64,000 bases of DNA from Nitrosopumilus sp. (lineage in GTDB: Archaea > Thermoproteota > Nitrososphaeria > Nitrososphaerales > Nitrosopumilaceae): positions 160,001-224,000 of the forward strand of contig OY763927.2 in assembly GCA_963667665.2 (NCBI GenBank), written 5' to 3'. The notes beneath the pieces were generated by a model that was not told the DNA's origin, did no database searches, and saw only the letters and a list, made by a program, of their open reading frames with translations. Positions 11,001 through 23,000 of this stretch are shown here, one piece after another (position 1 is the first letter of the stretch; each line of letters begins with the position of its first letter). The position numbers were made by a program, and so were the translations under genes.

Positions 11001-14000
11001 ACCTGACACCGACGCACCTGTCATAATAATTACAGGCTCTGCAAATATTCAACTCACGGTAGTCGAGACTTATACGGAACAGGGTGCAGTTTGTGACGAC
11101 GATGTAGACGCTGACAAGCCAGCCACAGTGGGCGGTGATACTGTCGATACCAGCACGGTTGGACAATACACAGTAACATACGACTGTACGGATTCATCAA
11201 ACAATGAGGCGACACAGGTGTCAAGAACTGTGAATGTACAGTCAGCACCTGACACCGACGCACCTGTCATAATAATTACAGGCTCTGCAAATATTCAACT
11301 CACGGTAGTCGAGACTTATACGGAACAGGGTGCAGTTTGTGACGACGATGTAGACGCTGACAAGCCAGCCACAGTGGGCGGTGATACTGTCGATACCAGC
11401 ACGGTTGGACAATACACAGTAACATACGACTGTACGGATTCATCAAACAATGAGGCGACACAGGTGTCAAGAACTGTGAATGTACAGTCAGCACCTGACA
11501 CCGACGCACCTGTCATAATAATTACAGGCTCTGCAAATATTCAACTCACGGTAGACGAGACTTATACGGAACAGGGTGCAGTTTGTGACGATGATGTAGA
11601 CGCTGACAAGCCAGCCACAGTGGGCGGTGATACTGTCGATACCAGCACGGTTGGACAATACACAGTAACATACGACTGTACGGATTCATCAAACAATGAG
11701 GCGACACAGGTGTCAAGAACTGTGAATGTACAGTCAGCACCTGACACCGACGCACCTGTCATAATAATTACAGGCTCTGCAAATATTCAACTCACGGTAG
11801 ACGAGACTTATACGGAACAGGGTGCAGTTTGTGACGATGATGTAGACGCTGACAAGCCAGCCACAGTGGGCGGTGATACTGCCGATACCAGCACGGTTGG
11901 ACAATACACAGTAACATACGACTGTACGGATTCATCAAACAATGAGGCGACACAGGTGTCAAGAACTGTGAATGTACAGTCAGCACCTGACACCGACGCA
12001 CCTGTCATAATAATTACAGGCTCTGCAAATATTCAACTCACGGTAGACGAGACTTATACGGAACAGGGTGCAGTTTGTGACGATGATGTAGACGCTGACA
12101 AGCCAGCCACAGTGGGCGGTGATACTGCCGATACCAGCACGGTTGGACAATACACAGTAACATACGACTGTACGGATTCATCAAACAATGAGGCGACACA
12201 GGTGTCAAGGACGGTAACTGTAATAGAGACGGGTGCTCCGTTTATCACCACTTGGACTGCCACCGACTCCGACAAGAGCATAACCCTCCCCATGAAAGGC
12301 ATGTACTCCATCCTATGGGGTGACGGCTCCAACAGCACAAATGTCAGCGACTCCCAGTCGCACACGTACAGCACCGCCGGAACCTACACCGTCACCGTAC
12401 TGGGTGATGGCCTTGAGTATATCCGCCTGCACGGCGATACTGCAAACGCGCTCCAGCTCAAGTCGATCGACCAGTGGGGCGACACGAGATGGACCACTAT
12501 GCACGAGGCGTTTTACGGGGCCCGCAACATGGTGTACAATGCGACTGACACGCCGGACCTGAGTCTTGTCACCGACACGTCCTACATGTTCGATAGCGCC
12601 ACCGCCTTTGACGGCGACCTCTCCTCATGGGACGTCTCGGCAGTGACCAACATGAACCGCATGTTCTTCGGCGCCTCCTCATTCAACCAAACCATCTCCT
12701 CTTGGGACGTCTCGGCTGTAACTGACATGCACCGCATGTTCTACGAAGCCTCCGACTTCAACCAGCCCCTCAACGACTGGGATGTCTCCTCGGTAAGTGA
12801 AATGGGCAGCATGTTCTACCAAGCCGCCGACTTCAACCAACCCCTCAACGCCTGGGACGTCTCCTCTGTCACCGACATGTCCGACATGTTTGACTTCGCC
12901 ACCTCCTTCAACCAGCCCCTCAACAGCTGGGACGTCTCGAAGGTGACTAACATGTTCGGCATGTTCAGCAGCGCCTCCTCCTTTAATCAGACCCTCAACA
13001 GCTGGGACGTCTCCTCTGTCACCGACATGTCCTACATGTTCTTTGGCGCCTCCTCCTTTGATCAGCCCCTCAACAACTGGAACGTCTCCTCTGTCACCGA
13101 CATGACCAGCATGTTCGAAGGCGCCACCTCCTTCAACCAGCCCCTCAACAGATGGAACGTCTCCTCTGTCATCGGCGTGGGCATGATCTTCATGTTCCAC
13201 AACGCCGACGACTTTGACCAGAACCTCGGGAACTGGTATGTCGTGGCAAACGCCACCTCGATTGCAAGGGCGGACGTGCCGAGGGTGGTGGCAGAGATCT
13301 CCGCGCAGAACGACCACCTCAATGGCCACAACCTGACGTACGGTATCGGCAGGGACAACGATTATGCCTTCTTTGAGATCGTGAACGACAACAAGATAAA
13401 CATGACTTCAGTTGGGACAAAGTCCTCCTATAGGGTTAATGTGACTGCCTCGGGTTCAAACGTCTTTGAGTCCGGTAACAATTGGCGCCTGCTGGAGATT
13501 AAAGTTACAGATCAAACAACTGATACCACACCACCTGTTATAAAACTTGAAGGTTCCAGTCTTGTAACGATCACGGTAGACGAGACTTATACGGAACAGG
13601 GTGCAGTTTGTGACGACGATGTAGACGCTGACAAGCCAGCCACAGTGGGCGGTGATACTGTCGATACCAGCACGGTTGGACAATACACAGTAACATACGA
13701 CTGTACGGATTCATCAAACAATGAGGCGACACAGGTGTCAAGAACTGTGAATGTACAGTCAGCACCTGACACTGACGCACCTGTCATAATAATTACTGGT
13801 TTAACAAACATTCAACTCACGGTAGACGAGACTTATACGGAACAGGGTGCAGTTTGTGACGACGATGTAGACGCTGACAAGCCAGCCACAGTGGGCGGTG
13901 ATACTGTCGATACCAGCACGGTTGGACAATACACAGTAACATACGACTGTACGGATTCATCAAACAATGAGGCGACACAGGTGTCAAGAACTGTGAATGT

Positions 14001-17000
14001 ACAGTCAGCACCTGACACTGACGCACCTGTCATAATAATTACAGGCTCTGCAAATATTCAACTCACGGTAGTCGAGACTTATACGGAACAGGGTGCAGTT
14101 TGTGACGACGATGTAGACGCTGACAAGCCAGCCACAGTGGGCGGTGATACTGTCGATACCAGCACGGTTGGACAATACACAGTAACATACGACTGTACGG
14201 ATTCATCAAACAATGAGGCGACACAGGTGTCAAGAACTGTGAATGTACAGTCAGCACCTGACACTGACGCACCTGTCATAATAATTACTGGTTTAACAAA
14301 CATTCAACTCACGGTAGACGAGACTTATACGGAACAGGGTGCAGTTTGTGACGACGATGTAGACGCTGACAAGCCAGCCACAGTGGGCGGTGATACTGTC
14401 GATACCAGCACGGTTGGACAATACACAGTAACATACGACTGTACGGATTCATCAAACAATGAGGCGACACAGGTGTCAAGAACTGTGAATGTACAGTCAG
14501 CACCTGACACTGACGCACCTGTCATAATAATTACTGGTTTAACAAATATTCAACTCACGGTAGTCGAGACTTATACGGAACAGGGTGCAGTTTGTGACGA
14601 CGATGTAGACGCTGACAAGCCAGCCACAGTGGGCGGTGATACTGTCGATACCAGCACGGTTGGACAATACACAGTAACATACGACTGTACGGATTCATCA
14701 AACAATGAGGCGACACAGGTGTCAAGAACTGTGAATGTACAGTCAGCACCTGACACTGACGCACCTGTCATAATAATTACAGGCTCTGCAAATATTCAAC
14801 TCACGGTAGACGAGACTTATACGGAACAGGGTGCAGTTTGTGACGACGATGTAGACGCTGACAAGCCAGCCACAGTGGGCGGTGATACTGTCGATACCAG
14901 CACGGTTGGACAATACACAGTAACATACGACTGTACGGATTCATCAAACAATGAGGCGACACAGGTGTCAAGAACTGTGAATGTACAGTCAGCACCTGAC
15001 ACTGACGCACCTGTCATAATAATTACTGGTTTAACAAACATTCAACTCACGGTAGTCGAGACTTATACGGAACAGGGTGCAGTTTGTGACGACGATGTAG
15101 ACGCTGACAAGCCAGCCACAGTGGGCGGTGATACTGTCGATACCAGCACGGTTGGACAATACACAGTAACATACGACTGTACGGATTCATCAAACAATGA
15201 GGCGACACAGGTGTCAAGAACTGTGAATGTACAGTCAGCACCTGACACTGACGCACCTGTCATAATAATTACAGGCTCTGCAAATATTCAACTCACGGTA
15301 GACGAGACTTATACGGAACAGGGTGCAGTTTGTGACGACGATGTAGACGCTGACAAGCCAGCCACAGTGGGCGGTGATACTGTCGATACCAGCACGGTTG
15401 GACAATACACAGTAACATACGACTGTACGGATTCATCAAACAATGAGGCGACACAGGTGTCAAGAACTGTGAATGTACAGTCAGCACCTGACACTGACGC
15501 ACCTGTCATAATAATTACAGGCTCTGCAAATATTCAACTCACGGTAGACGAGACTTATACGGAACAGGGTGCAGTTTGTGACGACGATGTAGACGCTGAC
15601 AAGCCAGCCACAGTGGGCGGTGATACTGTCGATACCAGCACGGTTGGACAATACACAGTAACATACGACTGTACGGATTCATCAAACAATGAGGCGACAC
15701 AGGTGTCAAGAACTGTGAATGTACAGTCAGCACCTGACACTGACGCACCTGTCATAATAATTACTGGTTTAACAAACATTCAACTCACGGTAGTCGAGAC
15801 TTATACGGAACAGGGTGCAGTTTGTGACGACGATGTAGACGCTGACAAGCCAGCCACAGTGGGCGGTGATACTGTCGATACCAGCACGGTTGGACAATAC
15901 ACAGTAACATACGACTGTACGGATTCATCAAACAATGAGGCGACACAGGTGTCAAGAACTGTGAATGTACAGTCAGCACCTGACACCGACGCACCTGTCA
16001 TAATAATTACAGGCTCTGCAAATATTCAACTCACGGTAGACGAGACTTATACGGAACAGGGTGCAGTTTGTGACGACGATGTAGACGCTGACAAGCCAGC
16101 CACAGTGGGCGGTGATACTGTCGATACCAGCACGGTTGGACAATACACAGTAACATACGACTGTACGGATTCATCAAACAATGAGGCGACACAGGTGTCA
16201 AGAACTGTGAATGTACAGTCAGCACCTGACACCGACGCACCTGTCATAATAATTACAGGCTCTGCAAATATTCAACTCACGGTAGACGAGACTTATACGG
16301 AACAGGGTGCAGTTTGTGACGACGATGTAGACGCTGACAAGCCAGCCACAGTGGGCGGTGATACTGTCGATACCAGCACGGTTGGACAATACACAGTAAC
16401 ATACGACTGTACGGATTCATCAAACAATGAGGCGACACAGGTGTCAAGAACTGTGAATGTACAGTCAGCACCTGACACCGACGCACCTGTCATAATAATT
16501 ACTGGTTTAACAAACATTCAACTCACGGTAGTCGAGACTTATACGGAACAGGGTGCAGTTTGTGACGACGATGTAGACGCTGACAAGCCAGCCACAGTGG
16601 GCGGTGATACTGTCGATACCAGCACGGTTGGACAATACACAGTAACATACGACTGTACGGATTCATCAAACAATGAGGCGACACAGGTGTCAAGGACGGT
16701 AATTGTACAGACGGCAGTAACACCTCGCATCACGCTCTCGGCAGATGCGTTTATCACCACATGGAGGACCGACTCTGCCAACCAGACGATCACCATCCCT
16801 GTGGGCGGCTCTACTGCCAGATACAGCATAGACTGGGGCGATAACAGCCCCGCCGAGACGGACATCACTGGTGACAGTACACACACCTATCGTGAGGCGG
16901 ACAGCTACACCGTCTCCATATCAGGCGGCCTTGAGAGGTTCTACCTTGACGGTCAGCAACCCAACGCAGGCAGGCTGGCATCAATCGAGCAGTGGGGCGA

Positions 17001-20000
17001 CACGAAATGGACCACCATGAACGGGGCGTTTGACGGGGCGGCAAACATGGTGTACCGCGCAACCGATGCGCCGAACCTGTCCGGAGTCATCAACATGAGC
17101 GGCATGTTCGGCGGCGCCTCATCCTTCAACGGCGACCTATCCTCCTGGGACGTCTCGTCTGTTACCGACATGAGCGACATGTTCTTTGAAGCCTCCTCTT
17201 TCAACGGCGACCTCTCCTCATGGGACGTCTCGGCAGTGACTAACATGTCCAGCATGTTCGACAACGCCTACGACTTCAACGGCAACCTCTCCTCATGGGA
17301 CGTCTCGGCAGTGACTGACATGTCCAACATGTTCTTCTACGCCATCTCCTTCAACCAGCCCCACAACGACTGGGATGTCTCGTCTGTCACCGACATGTCC
17401 CGCATGTTCGCAGGTGCCATCTCCTTTGACCGGCCCCTCAACTCCTGGAACGTCTCGGCGGTGAACGACATGAGGGGAATGTTCCAGACCGCCTCCTCCT
17501 TCAACCAACCCCTCAACAGCTGGAACGTCTCGGCAGTGACCAACATGAAACGCATGTTCAACTCCGCCTCCTCCTTCAACGGCAACCTCGGAAATTGGTA
17601 CATCACGCTTGACAATGCGTCAGTCACAGGAATCCTGCAGGCAGTTGGAAACATCACACCTCAGAATGAGTTCCTTGCAACCCATGAGCCTACGTACGGT
17701 ATTGGATCCAGTAGCGACTCGGAACACTTTGGCATAAATGGTGCCGCGTTGGTCCTGATGACCATTCCTGATGCCAATCCTGCCATTGTCAACATAACCT
17801 CCACCGGAGACTTTGGCACATCCAATTCCCGCATATTTGAGATAACTATCTTGCCAGGCGTTGCAGACACCACCAACCCAAGGCTTGCATCAATTGAGAG
17901 GTCCAGCCCGACATCCCAGAACACGGACAGCCAGTCGCTGATCTACGAGGTAACCTTTAGCGAAAGCGTCACGGGAGTAACCTCATCTGATTTTATCCTG
18001 TCCCTAGTTGGAAGCAATGCTGGTATCGGTTCTATCACCGGGATATCAGGCTCTGGCAGCGTGTACTATGTGACAGTCTCTGCCGCGCAGGACGGGACGT
18101 ACAACCTCGACCTCGTCTCGTCAGGACACGGCATCAGGGACGCAGCGAACAACCTCCTTAACAACACAACCCCCACCACCGGAACTGACGAGACATACAC
18201 CGTCAGTACCGCAGTTATAGACAACACCAACCCAAGACTTGCATCAATTGAGCGGTACAATCCTGCAACCGAGAATACGGACAACCAGACACTAGTCTAC
18301 AAGGCAACCTTTAGCGAGGATGTCACGGGAGTAACTGCATCCGACTTTGTCCTGTCTCCTAGCAGTACGGGAAGAGTCAGCGGCACCACCCAAGTCACCG
18401 GCATCTCAGGCTCCGGCGACACGTACTACGTTACAGTCTCCTCATCTACTGACGGAACATACAACCTTGATCTTGTCTCATCAGACCACAACATTGTCGA
18501 TGCTGCAAACAACTCGCTGACCAACACGGCTACTACCGGTGCAGACCAGACATACACCGTCAGTACCGCAGTTATAGACAACACCAACCCAAGACTTGCA
18601 TCAATTGAGCGGTACAATCCTGCAACCGAGAATACGGACAGCCAGACACTAGTCTACAAGGCAACCTTTAGCGAGGATGTCACGGGAGTAACTGTATCTG
18701 ACTTTACCTTGTCTTCTGACAGTGCGGGGGGAGAAAGCACATCCACCTCAACTGGACAGTTCACACAGACAAGATCCCCCAATCTTACCATACCTGACCT
18801 TGCAACTGTATCTGATACCATCACAGTCCCTGATTCTGAAACTGCCACATCCGTCTCAGTTGAAGTAGACATTACGCATAACTACATCGGCGATCTCAAG
18901 ATAGACATTATTGCCCCTGATGGCACTTCAATAACACTACACGACAATTCTGGCGGCAGCACCGACAACATAGACCAGCCGTACGCCCCGTTATTTGGAA
19001 GCATCCCCATCTCAGGTGTCTGGACCCTGCAGATACACGACAGGACTGCTCCCGATCCAGGAGTCCTGAACAGCTGGACACTTACCATCAATTACGGCAC
19101 CACCACCACTGTCAGCTCCGTTACTGACATCTCAGGTTCAGGTGATGTGTACTATGTGACAGTCTCTGCCACGCAGGACGGCACATACAACCTTGATCTT
19201 GTCTCATCAGACCACAACATTGTCGATGCTGCAAACAACTCGCTGACCAACACGGCTACCACCGGTGCAGACCAGACATACACCGTCAGTACCGCAGTTA
19301 TAGACAACACCAACCCAAGACTTGCATCAATTGAGCGGTACAATCCTGCAACCGAGAATACGGACAACCAGACACTAGTCTACAAGGCAACCTTTAGCGA
19401 GGATGTCACGGGAGTAACTGCATCCGACTTTGTCCTGTCTCCTAGCAGTACGGGAAGAGTCAGCGGCACCACCCAAGTCACCGGCATCTCAGGCTCCGGC
19501 GACACGTACTACGTTACAGTCTCCTCATCTACTGACGGAACATACAACCTTGATCTTGTCTCATCAGACCACAACATTGTCGATGCTGCAAACAACTCGC
19601 TGACCAACACGGCTACTACCGGTGCAGACCAGACATACACCGTCAGTACCGCAGTTATAGACAACACCAACCCAAGACTTGCATCAATTGAGCGGTACAA
19701 TCCTGCAACCGAGAATACGGACAGCCAGACACTAGTCTACAAGGCAACCTTTAGCGAGGATGTCACGGGAGTAACTGTATCTGACTTTACCTTGTCTTCT
19801 GACAGTGCGGGGGGAGAAAGCACATCCACCTCAACTGGACAGTTCACACAGACAAGATCCCCCAATCTTACCATACCTGACCTTGCAACTGTATCTGATA
19901 CCATCACAGTCCCTGATTCTGAAACTGCCACATCCGTCTCAGTTGAAGTAGACATTACGCATAACTACATCGGCGATCTCAAGATAGACATTATTGCCCC

Positions 20001-23000
20001 TGATGGCACTTCAATAACACTACACGACAATTCTGGCGGCAGCACCGACAACATAGACCAGCCGTACGCCCCGTTATTTGGAAGCATCCCCATCTCAGGT
20101 GTCTGGACCCTGCAGATACACGACAGGACTGCTCCCGATCCAGGAGTCCTGAACAGCTGGACACTTACCATCAATTACGGCACCACCACCACTGTCAGCC
20201 CCGTTACTGACATCTCAGGTTCAGGTGATGTGTACTATGTGACAGTCTCTGCCACGCAGGACGGCACATACAACCTTGATCTTGTCTCATCAGACCACAA
20301 CATTGTCGATGCTGCAAACAACTCGCTGACCAACACGGCTACCACCGGTGCAGACCAGACATACACCGTCAGTACCGCAGTTATAGACAACACCAACCCA
20401 AGACTTGCATCAATTGAGCGGTACAATCCTGCAACCGAGAATACGGACAACCAGACACTAGTCTACAAGGCAACCTTTAGCGAGGATGTCACGGGAGTAA
20501 CTGCATCCGACTTTGTCCTGTCTCCTAGCAGTACGGGAAGAGTCAGCGGCACCACCCAAGTCACCGGCATCTCAGGCTCCGGCGACACGTACTACGTTAC
20601 AGTCTCCTCATCTACTGACGGAACATACAACCTTGATCTTGTCTCATCAGACCACAACATTGTCGATGCTGCAAACAACTCGCTGACCAACACGGCTACT
20701 ACCGGTGCAGACCAGACATACACCGTCAGTACCGCAGTTATAGACAACACCAACCCAAGACTTGCATCAATTGAGCGGTACAATCCTGCAACCGAGAATA
20801 CGGACAGCCAGACACTAGTCTACAAGGCAACCTTTAGCGAGGATGTCACGGGAGTAACTGTATCTGACTTTACCTTGTCTTCTGACAGTGCGGGGGGAGA
20901 AAGCACATCCACCTCAACTGGACAGTTCACACAGACAAGATCCCCCAATCTTACCATACCTGACCTTGCAACTGTATCTGATACCATCACAGTCCCTGAT
21001 TCTGAAACTGCCACATCCGTCTCAGTTGAAGTAGACATTACGCATAACTACATCGGCGATCTCAAGATAGACATTATTGCCCCTGATGGCACTTCAATAA
21101 CACTACACGACAATTCTGGCGGCAGCACCGACAACATAGACCAGCCGTACGCCCCGTTATTTGGAAGCATCCCCATCTCAGGTGTCTGGACCCTGCAGAT
21201 ACACGACAGGACTGCTCCCGATCCAGGAGTCCTGAACAGCTGGACACTTACCATCAATTACGGCACCACCACCACTGTCAGCCCCGTTACTGACATCTCA
21301 GGTTCAGGTGATGTGTACTATGTGACAGTCTCTGCCACGCAGGACGGCACATACAACCTTGATCTTGTCTCATCAGACCACAACATTGTCGATGCTGCAA
21401 ACAACTCGCTGACCAACACGGCTACCACCGGTGCAGACCAGACATACACCGTCAGTACCGCAGTTATAGACAACACCAACCCAAGACTTGCATCAATTGA
21501 GCGGTACAATCCTGCAACCGAGAATACGGACAGCCAGACACTAGTCTACAAGGCAACCTTTAGCGAGGATGTCACGGGAGTAACTGCATCCGACTTTGTC
21601 CTGTCTCCTAGCAGTACGGGAAGAGTCAGCGGCACCACCCAAGTCACCGGCATCTCAGGCTCCGGCGACACGTACTACGTTACAGTCTCCTCATCTACTG
21701 ACGGAACATACAACCTTGATCTTGTCTCATCAGACCACAACATTGTCGATGCTGCAAACAACTCGCTGACCAACACGGCTACTACCGGTGCAGACCAGAC
21801 ATACACCGTCAGTACCGCAGTTATAGACAACACCAACCCAAGACTTGCATCAATTGAGCGGTACAATCCTGCAACCGAGAATACGGACAGCCAGACACTA
21901 GTCTACAAGGCAACCTTTAGCGAGGATGTCACGGGAGTAACTGTATCTGACTTTACCTTGTCTTCTGACAGTGCGGGGGGAGAAAGCACATCCACCTCAA
22001 CTGGACAGTTCACACAGACAAGATCCCCCAATCTTACCATACCTGACCTTGCAACTGTATCTGATACCATCACAGTCCCTGATTCTGAAACTGCCACATC
22101 CGTCTCAGTTGAAGTAGACATTACGCATAACTACATCGGCGATCTCAAGATAGACATTATTGCCCCTGATGGCACTTCAATAACACTACACGACAATTCT
22201 GGCGGCAGCACCGACAACATAGACCAGCCGTACGCCCCGTTATTTGGAAGCATCCCCATCTCAGGTGTCTGGACCCTGCAGATACACGACAGGACTGCTC
22301 CCGATCCAGGAGTCCTGAACAGCTGGACACTTACCATCAATTACGGCACCACCACCACTGTCAGCCCCGTTACTGACATCTCAGGTTCAGGTGATGTGTA
22401 CTATGTGACAGTCTCTGCCACGCAGGACGGCACATACAACCTTGATCTTGTCTCATCAGACCACAACATTGTCGATGCTGCAAACAACTCGCTGACCAAC
22501 ACGGCTACTACCGGTGCAGACCAGACATACACCGTCAGTACCGCAGTTATAGACAACACCAACCCAAGACTTGCATCAATTGAGCGGTACAATCCTGCAA
22601 CCGAGAATACGGACAGCCAGACACTAGTCTACAAGGCAACCTTTAGCGAGGATGTCACGGGAGTAACTGTATCTGACTTTACCTTGTCTTCTGACAGTGC
22701 GGGGGGAGAAAGCACATCCACCTCAACTGGACAGTTCACACAGACAAGATCCCCCAATCTTACCATACCTGACCTTGCAACTGTATCTGATACCATCACA
22801 GTCCCTGATTCTGAAACTGCCACATCCGTCTCAGTTGAAGTAGACATTACGCATAACTACATCGGCGATCTCAAGATAGACATTATTGCCCCTGATGGCA
22901 CTTCAATAACACTACACGACAATTCTGGCGGCAGCACCGACAACATAGACCAGCCGTACGCCCCGTTATTTGGAAGCATCCCCATCTCAGGTGTCTGGAC

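Noticed and set aside
9880-17600. Diversity-generating retroelement behind the LRR variation
   Set aside because: No reverse transcriptase or TR/VR pair in the window, and the variation is not evidently adenine-specific
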